DNA from: an uncultured Anaerovibrio sp.
GTDB lineage: Bacteria > Bacillota > Negativicutes > Selenomonadales > Selenomonadaceae
NCBI GenBank assembly: GCA_900768695.1
Contig: CAAGDY010000426.1
Span: forward strand, 1-35,441
Length of the DNA stretch: 35,441 bases
Reading direction: 5' to 3'
Positions within the stretch are counted from its first letter, which is position 1, and each line of letters opens with the position of its first letter. Below, piece after piece: positions 9,759 through 19,004 of this stretch. Made by a program: the position numbers and the translations under genes. Below the pieces are notes generated by a model. That model was not told the origin of the DNA. It made no database searches and was given only the letters and a program-made list of their open reading frames with translations.

Positions 9759-10817
9759 ATGACAATGACGACGACAAACAATAACAATAATAATGATAAT
9801 TCTGCCGCAAATAGCATCAGCATGCTGGCACTGGCAGAGGAAATTATTGCCGGGCGCCGCATTACCAGTCAGGATGACCTGAGCATTTTCCTGACCTGCG
9901 ACCTATCGGAGCTATGCCGGGGGGCGGACAAAATCCGTGCCGCCTGCGTTGGCGACCATGTGGATTTGTGCGCCATCATCAACGGCCGCAGTGGCAAATG
10001 CCCGGAAAACTGCAAATTCTGCGCCCAGTCGGCTCACAACCACACCGACTGCCAGCCTCATCCTTTCCTGCCTACGGAGGAATTTGTGCAGGCGGCAAAG
10101 CTGCATGAAAAGGAGGTCGTTCACCGCTTCTCCATCGTTACGGCGGGACGCTCCCTGTCCGGCGAGGAATTCGATGCCGCCATCGAGGCATACAATGCCA
10201 TGCGCCATGCCTGCAAAATCGATTTGTGCGCTTCTATGGGCTTTCTGGACGCAGAGCAGCTCCACAGGCTCCACGAGGCAGGCATCACCAGCTATCACCA
10301 CAACATCGAAACCTCCCGGCGGAACTTCCCCAACATCTGCACCACCCACACCTACGATATGAAGATTGAAACCCTGAAGCTGGTAAAGGCCGAGGGCATG
10401 TGCGCCTGCTCCGGCGGCATCATCGGCATGGGCGAAACCTGGGAGGACAGGCTTGATATGGCCATCAGCCTGGCAGAGCTGGGCATCGACTCCATCCCCC
10501 TCAACGCCCTGATGCCAATCCCCGGCACCCCTCTGGAGCATCTGCCATCATTAAGCGAGGCAGATATCCTCCGCACAGTGGCCTTTTTCCGCTACATCAA
10601 CCCGGAGGCCAACATCCGCCTGGGCGCAGGCAGGGCACTGCTCACCAACGACGGGGAAACCGCGTTCAACGCCGGTGCCTCCGCCACCATTACAGGCAAC
10701 ATGCTGACTACGGTAGCCTGCGCCACCATCCGCAGTGACCGCAATATGCTGGAGGGCATGGGTCGCGATGTAACGCCTCCTTATCAGTCAGATGCCACAG
10801 GAGGCGAAAAAGCATGA
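9759..10817 (+). CDS. bioB: Biotin synthase
   Basis: GKCPENCKFCAQS, LCASMG, YHHNIETS, ACSGGIIGMGE, SIPLNAL.PIPGTPL, GNMLTT. Confidence 0.97.
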   Translation: MTMTTTNNNNNNDNSAANSISMLALAEEIIAGRRITSQDDLSIFLTCDLSELCRGADKIRAACVGDHVDLCAIINGRSGKCPENCKFCAQSAHNHTDCQPHPFLPTEEFVQAAKLHEKEVVHRFSIVTAGRSLSGEEFDAAIEAYNAMRHACKIDLCASMGFLDAEQLHRLHEAGITSYHHNIETSRRNFPNICTTHTYDMKIETLKLVKAEGMCACSGGIIGMGETWEDRLDMAISLAELGIDSIPLNALMPIPGTPLEHLPSLSEADILRTVAFFRYINPEANIRLGAGRALLTNDGETAFNAGASATITGNMLTTVACATIRSDRNMLEGMGRDVTPPYQSDATGGEKA

Positions 10818-11506
10818 GCAGGGCAATCTTCATCACAGGAACAGGCACGGATATCGGCAAGACCTACGTCGCAGGATTAATCGTCAAAAAGCTGGCAGAA
10901 AGCGGTGCAGTGGCCGCCTATTACAAGGCCGCCATGAGCGGCAACGACCGCCGTGCCGATGGCAGCCTTATTCCCGGCGATGCTCTTTTCGTCAAAAAAA
11001 CATCCGGGATTTCCCAGTCCCTTGAGGCTATGTGCCCCTACATTTACGAAAATGCCTATTCACCGCACCTGGCCTCCCGAATCGAGGGCAATCCTGTACA
11101 GCTGTCCGTTGTCAGGGAAGGCTTCAGGCGGCTTGCGGCCGGCCATGATTTCATCACCATGGAGGGCAGTGGCGGCATCCTCTGCCCTATCTGCTTTGAC
11201 GAGGCAAAAATCCAGCTGGAGGATGTTATCAGGGAGCTGAACCTTTCCAGCCTGCTCATTGCCGATGCAGGACTTGGCACCATCAACAGCGTGGTGCTGA
11301 CCACAGAGTACATGAAGGCGCGCAATCTGCCGGTGAAGGGCATTATTTTCAACAACTATCATCCGGGCAACATCATGGAGGATGACAATATCCGCATGTG
11401 CGAATACATGACAGGACTTTCGACGCTAGCGAAGGTTTCACGGGGCGATACCGACCTGCAGATAGATATTGATGTACTGAAAAATCTTTACGATGAGGTG
11501 AAATAA
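10814..11506 (+). CDS. bioD: Dethiobiotin synthetase
   Basis: FITGTGTDIGKT P-loop, SPHLA, MEGSGG, LGTINS; ATGA overlap with bioB. Confidence 0.96.
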   Translation: MSRAIFITGTGTDIGKTYVAGLIVKKLAESGAVAAYYKAAMSGNDRRADGSLIPGDALFVKKTSGISQSLEAMCPYIYENAYSPHLASRIEGNPVQLSVVREGFRRLAAGHDFITMEGSGGILCPICFDEAKIQLEDVIRELNLSSLLIADAGLGTINSVVLTTEYMKARNLPVKGIIFNNYHPGNIMEDDNIRMCEYMTGLSTLAKVSRGDTDLQIDIDVLKNLYDEVK

Positions 11507-12715
11507 ATGATTTGGTATCCATATCAGCAGATGAAAAACATAAAGGAGCCATACAAAATAGAGGATGCAGAGGGCGTGTACCTGTACACAAATGACCAGA
11601 AGCTGATTGACTCCGTAAGCTCCTGGTGGTGCATGATTCACGGCTACAAGCATCCTGAGCTGACTGCCGCCATCAAGGAGCAGGCTGACAGGTTCTGCCA
11701 TGTGATGCTGGGCGGGCTCACCCATGAGCCGGTGCAGAGGCTGTCCGCCAGACTGCAGGAATTCCTTCCCGGCGACCTGGACTACTGCTTCTTCTCCGAC
11801 TCAGGCAGTGTAGCCGTGGAGGTTTCCCTGAAAATGGCGCTCCAATACCATGTGAACAAGGGCAATAAGCGTCCCCTGGTGCTGGCCCTGAACCGCGCCT
11901 ACCACGGCGATACCTTCAAGGCGATGGAGGTTGGCGATGATGAGGACTATCACTTTGCCTTTGAGCAGAAGGACGGCGTTGACCAGAAAGCCGGCTGTAT
12001 CCACATCCCGACCACCATTCCGGCACTGGAGGAAGCCTTTGCCAGCTATCACGACCAGCTGAACAGCTTTATTGTGGAGCCTCTCTTGCAGGGCGCCGGT
12101 GGCATGCAGATGTATGATATCTCCTTTTTGCAGAGGGCACGGGAGCTGTGCGACCAGTACGATGTCCTGCTGATATTTGACGAGGTGGCAACAGGCTTCG
12201 GCCGCACCGGCAACCGCTTTGTGGCGGATTTGGTACTGCCGGACATCCTGGTGCTGGGCAAGGCCCTGACCGGCGGCTACATCGGCCATGCGGCTACCGT
12301 TGCCAGCCACAAGGTCTACGATGCCTTCTACAGCGACGATGACCGCAAGGCCCTCATGCACGGCCCCACCTTTATGGGCAACGCCCTGGCCTGCGCGGTT
12401 TCCCTCAAGGGCATAGAAATCTTTGAGCGGGAGAACTATATGGCAAAAATCAAACGCATCGAGGAAATTTCCCGCCGTGAGCTTGCCGGCTTTGCCGATG
12501 AGCGCATCAGGGAGGTACGCATCATGGGCGGCTGTGCCTGCATCGAGGTAAAAAATCCTGCCACCCTTGACGGCTACCAGCAGTTTGCCTACGAGCGCGG
12601 CGTATTCTCGCGGCCGTTCCTCAGCTACATGTACTCAATGGTGCCGTACATCATGGAAGAGGACGAGCTGGTGAAAATCTTTGCTACCATGAAGGCCTGG
12701 TTCAGGGAGCATTGA
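11507..12715 (+). CDS. bioA: Adenosylmethionine-8-amino-7-oxononanoate transaminase
   Basis: IWYPYQQM, SSWWCMIHGY, DSGSVAVEVSLKMA, YHGDT, FDEVATGFGRTG, LGKALTGG, HGPTFMGN. Confidence 0.96.
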   Translation: MIWYPYQQMKNIKEPYKIEDAEGVYLYTNDQKLIDSVSSWWCMIHGYKHPELTAAIKEQADRFCHVMLGGLTHEPVQRLSARLQEFLPGDLDYCFFSDSGSVAVEVSLKMALQYHVNKGNKRPLVLALNRAYHGDTFKAMEVGDDEDYHFAFEQKDGVDQKAGCIHIPTTIPALEEAFASYHDQLNSFIVEPLLQGAGGMQMYDISFLQRARELCDQYDVLLIFDEVATGFGRTGNRFVADLVLPDILVLGKALTGGYIGHAATVASHKVYDAFYSDDDRKALMHGPTFMGNALACAVSLKGIEIFERENYMAKIKRIEEISRRELAGFADERIREVRIMGGCACIEVKNPATLDGYQQFAYERGVFSRPFLSYMYSMVPYIMEEDELVKIFATMKAWFREH

Positions 12716-12762
12716 GAATTATTGTATGAAGGCCTGGTTCAAGGAACATTGAGAATTATTGT
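12689..12762 (+). repeat. 37-bp tandem duplication of the bioA 3' end
   Basis: ATGAAGGCCTGGTTCAGGGAGCATTGAGAATTATTGT (12689-12725) then ATGAAGGCCTGGTTCAAGGAACATTGAGAATTATTGT (12726-12762); 2 mismatches. Confidence 0.95.
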
Positions 12763-12798
12763 ATAAAAGAAAAGAAACTGCCGGACAGCGTATTACCG

Positions 12799-12864
12799 CG
12801 AATTCAGCGGTGCGGCATGTACCAATACAGGCATGTATATGAGCCTCGCTTCTTAATGAATTCG
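12799..12864. repeat. Imperfect long palindrome, REP/MITE-like
   Basis: CGAATTCA...TGAATTCG outer arms with inner partial pairings AGCGGTGC/GCCTCGCT and CATGTAC/GTATATG. Confidence 0.45.
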
Positions 12865-12890
12865 AGCCATAAGGCGATGAATGAATTTAG

Positions 12891-14117
12891 AAAACCGCTT
12901 CCGTACTGCATTTTGCCCAAAATCACTACCCGCATACCGTATATCTCAACTTTTTTGAAAATCCTGCCTACAATACCATCTTTCAGGATGATTTGAACGT
13001 AGATGTCCTCACCATGATGATTACAGCCCATCTGGGCAGCAAGGCTGTTTTTGAGCCTGGCAGAACCATCATTATACTGGACGAAATACAGAACTGCCCC
13101 GAAGCACGCACAGCGCTGAAATTTTTTCATCTGGACGGACGCTATGATGTTATTGCCACAGGCTCCCTGCTTGTCGTCAAAGGCCACGGGAAAATGCCAA
13201 AATCCATCCCCGTAGGCTACGAAACCACCGTTACCATGTGCCCGATGGACTTTGAGGAATTTCTTTGGGCAAGCAACATCGACAAGGGGATTATCGCCCT
13301 GCTCAAACAACAGCTTGCAACAGAAACAGCTATCCCGGAAGCACTGCATCAGCGGTTGAAACAGCTTTTGCTCCAGTATACAGTTGTGGGCGGCATGCCT
13401 GCCATAGTGCAAGACTTCGTCCTCCATCACAACATGGGCACTGTGCTTTCCATGCAGAGGGATATTGTTCATTCTTATGAGGACGATATGGTGAAATATG
13501 CCCCTGACAAGGATAAAATCCGTATTCGCAAATGTTTTCTGTCCATTCCCAATCAGCTTGCCAAGGAAAACAAAAAATTCCAGTATTCCCTTGTGGAAAA
13601 ACGCGGTTCTGCCGCCAAATTTGAAAATAGCCTGGAATGTATTGCCGACGCAGGTATCATAACCCGCTGTACCAACCTGCACACACCTGAGCTGCCCCTC
13701 GCCGGCAACGCAGATGAGAATATCTTCAAAATCTATATGTCAGACATAGGCCTGTTCATCAGCATGCTGGAGGACGGCACCCAGGGGGACATAATGGCTG
13801 GTAATCTCCTGGGGTACAAGGGGGCTATCTTTGAAAACCTGATTGCTGATTTTCTTGCCAAGCAGGGCATGAAGCTATATTATTTCCGCAAGGACTCCGG
13901 CCTTGAGATTGATTTTGTCATCCGCTATCATGGACAGGCAACCCTGATGGAGGTTAAAGCTACCAATGGAAACACAAAAAGCACAAAGGCGATACTTGCC
14001 AGACCTGACAAGTATCATGTGGCGAATGCCCTGAAGCTGGGCGATTTCAACATAGCCCGCAACGGGGCAATACTCAACCTTCCGCTCTACATGGGAGCGT
14101 TCCTAAATCAGCCATAA
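12891..14117 (+). pseudogene. 5'-truncated AAA-family ATPase with DUF4143-type C-terminus
   Basis: Frame extends upstream of the ORF-track TTG (12993) as KTASVLHFAQNHYPHTVYLNFFE to a TAG at 12888-12890, so only KT of the Walker A remains. Walker B IILDEIQ, VVGGMP, KIYMSDIGL, GAIFEN, EIDFV, EVK present. Confidence 0.75.
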
Positions 14118-14315
14118 TCTTTATATACCGGCATTGCCATGCCAAAATACTGCACCGCAGGAAGCCACAAATAACAAGACTGCTCCAAAGGATGGCTTTA
14201 CATGGCAAATATGCTCTTTGCGGGGGTGTATATCCCCAAATTAAAAGACAGCTCCGAGGGGTGTTATTTCAGTAGCTGTCAATGGAAAATAGATAATTAT
14301 GCGAGAGCGCAATCT

Positions 14316-16119
14316 TTATTTAAAGTCCCAGAGCGGGAATTCTCTGGTGAGCTTTAAATCATCAGCTTTGATGTTTTTTTCCGGCTGCATGAAATAGGAC
14401 AGGGCATACAGGCCTGCGCCACAGTAATCAATAGCATACTCGTTGGTGGACCAGGACATCAGCACATCAAGGTAGCACCTGGCCGGTGCCGGGCTGTACT
14501 TGGCAATATACTCGGTCTGGTCAGGGTCACCGCCGGATACGGCGTTAGGGCCGCCTATCAAAAGCCCTGGCACGTAGGCACCGGTACTTTCGTGGATGCG
14601 GTTGTGCGGATGCTCAGGCGGGTTCTCTCCCACACCGGTCATAAAGCTCTTGTTAAGAACGTTTCTGCCAAACATATAATGAATCTGGCTGAGCGCTCCC
14701 TCTACATAGGCCTGCTTCGGCTCCAGCTGATTTGCCATGAGCAGGATATCGCCCTTGGTTACGGCGTTCTTGGTAGAAGCCCAGGTATACTCATTCTGCT
14801 TGAGGGAGCAGTCAAAGCCATCCTTGCCGATGGTGTCCAGAATATCGTCGGCATAGCTGACGAGGGCGGACTGCACCTGTGCCCTGAACTCAGGCTTTGC
14901 CTTGGCAGACCTGGCGTAGCTGAACTGTGCCAGGGCCAGGGTATCATCCCAGGTAAAGAAGCCCGGCTTGCGGGTGATGACATCCTTCTGCTCCGTCATG
15001 AGGTACTTTTCGTATTTCTTATCGCCGGTGGTACGGAACAGCTCAGCGGCCAGCCAGCAACGCTCCGTAGCGTCAGCAGTATCATTGTACGGGCCGGAGC
15101 CGCTCTCCTGCCCCTCGTCTACACGGTAGATGGACTCCTTTTCCTTGGCCAGATATGCCCATGCCTTCTCGGCGTTCTTCAGACAGTCCTTGGCAAAGGA
15201 CTTGTCATAATCAGCGTACACGCGGCCTGCCATGGCCATAGCGGCACCATACATGGCGGTGCTGGCAGTGCAGGTGCTGTACAGGTAACGCTGCTGGGTG
15301 TCAGTGTCAGGGGGACTTGTCAAAGCCCGGCCACTGGGCACCGGAAATCTTGTGGAAGGTACTGCCGTCGCTTCTCTGCATCTTCTTCATGAATTCCAGC
15401 TCAAACTTTACCTCACTGAGGGCATCAGGCATGTTCTCCTCCTGCACGCCCTCCGGGAAGAAAAGCTGCCCCTTGAAGAATTTGTCAGGATTTGCTTCAT
15501 AGGCCATCATCAGCTCGGCGCTGGCGATAGCGGCCGTAGTGGTGTACTTGCCGTAGTCACCGGCATCATACCAGCCGCCGCTGGCATCCACCACATCGCC
15601 CTTCTTGTTCAGCTTGTCGGTGAAATAAACCTGTGCCTCCTTGTCCTGGGCGTGGCCGCTGGCAATCTTCAGGCCGGTCAGCTTGTCGTTCATCGGCGTG
15701 TTGCTGCGGGACAGGGTATATGAGCGCCAATTCTGCAGGGCAGGCACGGCATAAACATTGCTGCCGATGGCAAAATCTGCAGATTCCTCTCCGCCTGCCA
15801 CCAGCTTGTAGGTTCCCGGCACCTTGAAATCAGAAAAATCTTCCCTGGCGATGTACTCGCCGGACATCTCATCGTAGGCCTTGTCAGTCAGCTTGCCCTG
15901 ATATACGGTCTTGCCGGTAGCTGTGTCTACGAGGGAAAAGTCCTTGCTGTCCCCCTGCAGGGAAACCATAGCTACCTTGCTGTAATCCTCCAGATAGACT
16001 ACCTGGTCTACGTGAATTCCCTCGGAAGCTGCCATAGCGACACCTGCGTCAGCCATCGGCACCAACAGCATGCCAATCCCCAGAGCGGCCATCATCGGCA
16101 TTTTTCTTGTTAATTTCAT
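14316..16119 (-). pseudogene. GH9 glycoside hydrolase with signal peptide and N-terminal Ig-like domain, split by a 1-nt frameshift (real or sequencing error)
   Basis: ORF 15307-16119 has GGWYDAGDYGKY; ORF 14316-15341 has HPHNR and WSTNEYAIDY. Removing one base from the G5 run at 15310-15314 gives ...WPGFDKSPDTDTQQRYLY..., 600 aa. Confidence 0.85.
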
Positions 16120-16246
16120 TTACTCCTTCTCCTTTGCCCGAAATTCCTCTATTCCCAAAAAACACTAAGTTTTCTTATGTTTTAACAATACCACACCATA
16201 AAACAATAATAAACACTTTGAAATTACCATAAAACATCGTGCCCAT

Positions 16247-16289
16247 AAAAAATACAATGCTGTGTAACATTGTTACACAGCATTGTATT
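16247..16289 (-). terminator. Perfect 19-bp inverted repeat, probable feo operon terminator
   Basis: AATACAATGCTGTGTAACA-T-TGTTACACAGCATTGTATT (16251-16289), preceded by an A-run (U tail on minus strand). Confidence 0.7.
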
Positions 16290-16336
16290 CAGTCAACAGA
16301 GCCTAAATTTTATCGCACCTCTTCCCCGCAGGGGTA

Positions 16337-16522
16337 CTATACGTGCTGTTTGTGTCCGCCACAGCAGGAACAGCCGGCCTGCTGTTCCCCGCCAGGGACA
16401 GCGCCGCTGCAGCTGTCACAGCCACAGCAGTCATGCTTGCCGGTGCGCAGGTTGTTTACTACATGGCGGCCTGCCAGAAACAGCAGTACCAGAAGAATTA
16501 AACCGATTACATAAGTAGCCAT
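16337..16522 (-). CDS. FeoB-associated Cys-rich small membrane protein
   Basis: One TM helix then CCGCDSCSG...CSCCGG; GGGAGG RBS; follows feoB. Confidence 0.85.
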   Translation of the reverse strand: MATYVIGLILLVLLFLAGRHVVNNLRTGKHDCCGCDSCSGAVPGGEQQAGCSCCGGHKQHV

Positions 16523-16619
16523 AAGACAGGCCTCCCATCATAAAAAACATAGAAACGTAAAGCCGTAAAACCGTAAAATCAACAGCCCATAAAATCACGA
16601 CACCATAAAAGGCGCAAAA

Positions 16620-18521
16620 TCAGAATCCCAGCAATCTGCCAACCTGATATACCAGCAGGGAAACGACCCATGCCAGCACAAACATATACACAGCCGCAAA
16701 GGCCATCCATTTCCAGCTGCTGGCCTCCTTCTTAATCGTACCCAGGGCGGTAACGCAAGGGGTGTAGAGCTGGGAGAATACCATGAAGGCCAGGGCGGAA
16801 AGCGGTGTAAAGGCAGTGCCCATGCCAGTCTGCATCATGGCCTCGGCAGTTTCGATAGCATCCTCTGCCTCGGCGGACACATCAGGCAGGCCATAAAGGA
16901 TACCAATGGTGGAAACCACGGACTCCTTGGCCAGAATGCCGGATACGGCGGCCGCACCAGCCTCCCAGGTACCAAAGCCGTGCCAGGTGAACAGCGCACC
17001 TACAGCGGCGCCGATGGAGGCCAGGAAGCTGTCACTCATATCCTCTACCATGCCCTCTCCGTTGAAGGCTCCCAGGAACCAGATGATAACACAGCCCACG
17101 AAGATAATCGTACCGGCCTTGACCAGATAGCCCTTGCCCTTGTCCCAGGTTTCCAAAAGAACCGTCTTCATATCAGGCATGCGGTATGGAGGCAGCTCCA
17201 ACAGGAAGGTGGAGTTTTCGTCCTTGAATGTGGTATTGGAAAGGAGCTTGGTAGACACGATGGCCATGACAACACCCACCACATACATGGCAAAAACCAC
17301 GTTGGCTGCATTATCCGGGAAGAACATGGCCGCAAAAAGCGCCATAATAGGCAGCTTTGCGCCGCAGGTCAAAAACGGGGCGGCCATAATGGACAGCATG
17401 CGGTCCTTTTCAGAATCCAGCGCCCTGGCACCCATAATGGAAGGAACGCCGCAGCCAAAGCCCATCATCAGCGGCATTACGCCCTTGCCGGTCAATCCGA
17501 CGCGGCGCATCACAGGGTCCATGACAAAAGCCACGCGGGCCATGTAGCCTGTGCCATCCAAAAAGCTGAGGCAGAAGAACAGGATGAAAATCAGCGGCAC
17601 AAAGGTGAGTACGGAGCCAACGCCGCCGATGATGCCATCCAGCACCAGCGACTGCATCCAGCCGGCTACCTCAAAGGACTCAAGCCCGGCGGTCACTACA
17701 TCCGTCACATCGCCGCCGATGAACTCCTCCAGCGCATAGGCCAGCGGCTGGCCAATCCATTCAAAGGTAATCTGGAATACGGCATACATGATAGCCAGGA
17801 AAGCAGGAATTGCCAGCACGCCGTTGGCCAGCACCTTGTCAATCTTCTCTGACACGCTGGTGCCTACGTTGGAAAACTCCACCACTTCCTTCAGAATCGA
17901 ATCTATAAAATCATAACGAAGCTCAATCAGGCGCTCCTGACGCACCTTTTCGTCCTGAACGCCGGCCTCAATCTCATGCACCCTCTCAATATGCGCCTGC
18001 AGTGCCTCGCTCGGGCCATAGCCATCCATGGAAATGGAGGTAAATACGTTCAGCATGTTCTTCAGGCTCTTGCCATCACGGGCGATGGTAAGCAGTACCG
18101 GATAGCCTAGAAAGGCCTCCAGCTTCTTGACATCAATCTTGACGCCGCGCTTTTCCGCCTCATCCTGCATATTCAAATCCACAATCAGGGGAATCCCCTG
18201 CTCCAAAAGCTGAAGTGTCAGGTAGAGATTGCGCTCGATGTTGGAGGAATCCACTACATCCACCACCAAATCGGTGTGAGTGGTCAGCAGGTAATCAATG
18301 ACAATCTTTTCCTCCGGGGAGCGGGCATTGATACTGTAGGTTCCCGGCAGGTCAACAATCATGATATCCTTGTCATTGTGGCGGACATAGCCTACCTTCT
18401 TATCAACGGTAACACCCGGCCAGTTGCCTATCTTCTGTCTTGCTCCCGTCAGCTCATTAAAAATTGTGGACTTACCTGTATTCGGATTGCCAGTAAGTGC
18501 AACGGACAAACTTGTACTCAT
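16620..18521 (-). CDS. feoB: Ferrous iron transporter FeoB
   Basis: GNPNTGKS, GNWPGVTV, DLPGTYS, ERNLYL, GYMARVAF, GFGCGVP, LLELPPYRMP, LYTPC. Confidence 0.97.
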   Translation of the reverse strand: MSTSLSVALTGNPNTGKSTIFNELTGARQKIGNWPGVTVDKKVGYVRHNDKDIMIVDLPGTYSINARSPEEKIVIDYLLTTHTDLVVDVVDSSNIERNLYLTLQLLEQGIPLIVDLNMQDEAEKRGVKIDVKKLEAFLGYPVLLTIARDGKSLKNMLNVFTSISMDGYGPSEALQAHIERVHEIEAGVQDEKVRQERLIELRYDFIDSILKEVVEFSNVGTSVSEKIDKVLANGVLAIPAFLAIMYAVFQITFEWIGQPLAYALEEFIGGDVTDVVTAGLESFEVAGWMQSLVLDGIIGGVGSVLTFVPLIFILFFCLSFLDGTGYMARVAFVMDPVMRRVGLTGKGVMPLMMGFGCGVPSIMGARALDSEKDRMLSIMAAPFLTCGAKLPIMALFAAMFFPDNAANVVFAMYVVGVVMAIVSTKLLSNTTFKDENSTFLLELPPYRMPDMKTVLLETWDKGKGYLVKAGTIIFVGCVIIWFLGAFNGEGMVEDMSDSFLASIGAAVGALFTWHGFGTWEAGAAAVSGILAKESVVSTIGILYGLPDVSAEAEDAIETAEAMMQTGMGTAFTPLSALAFMVFSQLYTPCVTALGTIKKEASSWKWMAFAAVYMFVLAWVVSLLVYQVGRLLGF

Positions 18522-18549
18522 TATATCAGAACTCCTTTCGCATTGACAG

Positions 18550-18771
18550 TCAAATCGCTGTTACCTGAATGTTGGCGGCATCCTTGCGGCGGATGGCCAG
18601 ATGGTAGGAGCGCAGTCCGATAGCCATCGGGTCGCCCAGCGGCGCACTGCGCAGTACGCTCACCTTCGTTCCCGGCAACAGCCCCATGGTCATCAGCCTT
18701 TCCTTCAATCCGGAATCAGCAATGCTATCTACTCTCAACACCATACCGGTCTTGCCATCTTTCAATGTCAT
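18550..18771 (-). CDS. feoA: FeoA family protein (73 aa)
   Basis: RLMTMGLLPGTKV...APLGDP...LAIRR; start taken as ATG at 18771 after a GGAGG RBS rather than the ORF-track 18843. Confidence 0.93.
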   Translation of the reverse strand: MTLKDGKTGMVLRVDSIADSGLKERLMTMGLLPGTKVSVLRSAPLGDPMAIGLRSYHLAIRRKDAANIQVTAI

Positions 18772-18850
18772 GATTATCCCTCCAATGAACAGAATATAAT
18801 GATAAAACATCTTAATAAAAATAATAACAATTCTCAAAAACACCTATATT

Positions 18851-18879
18851 ATGATAATATTTATCACTATCATTGTCAA
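18851..18879 (-). promoter_or_regulatory. feo promoter with overlapping Fur box
   Basis: Minus strand TTGACA (18879-18874), 17 nt, TATCAT (18856-18851). 7-1-7 Fur-type box TGATAAT-A-TTTATCA at 18852-18866; a weaker Fur-like site near 18822-18836. Confidence 0.8.
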
Positions 18880-18912
18880 GAATTACTGATAATTTTTTTC
18901 AACTTTAAAAAC

Positions 18913-18962
18913 AAAAAATCAGGACTGCTGTGGAGATTTTCTCCCCGACAGCAATCCTGATT
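18913..18962 (-). terminator. Probable intrinsic terminator after the glcF-like gene
   Basis: AATCAGGA.TGCTGT...ACAGCA.TCCTGATT stem with A-run on the left. Confidence 0.65.
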
Positions 18963-19004
18963 GCCATGTCCGATGATAAATATGACTAATATGTACTGTA
19001 TGTA

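Noticed and set aside
12689..12762. 37-bp repeats as a CRISPR array
   Set aside because: Two abutting copies with no spacer, derived from bioA coding sequence; no cas genes.
12804..13682. 292-aa minus-strand ORF
   Set aside because: Antisense to the ATPase remnant, which carries the recognisable motifs.
18772..18843. N-terminal extension of FeoA in the ORF track (similarly 23241-23288 and 27659-27679)
   Set aside because: These stretches cover leader and RBS sequence; better starts with RBS lie downstream.
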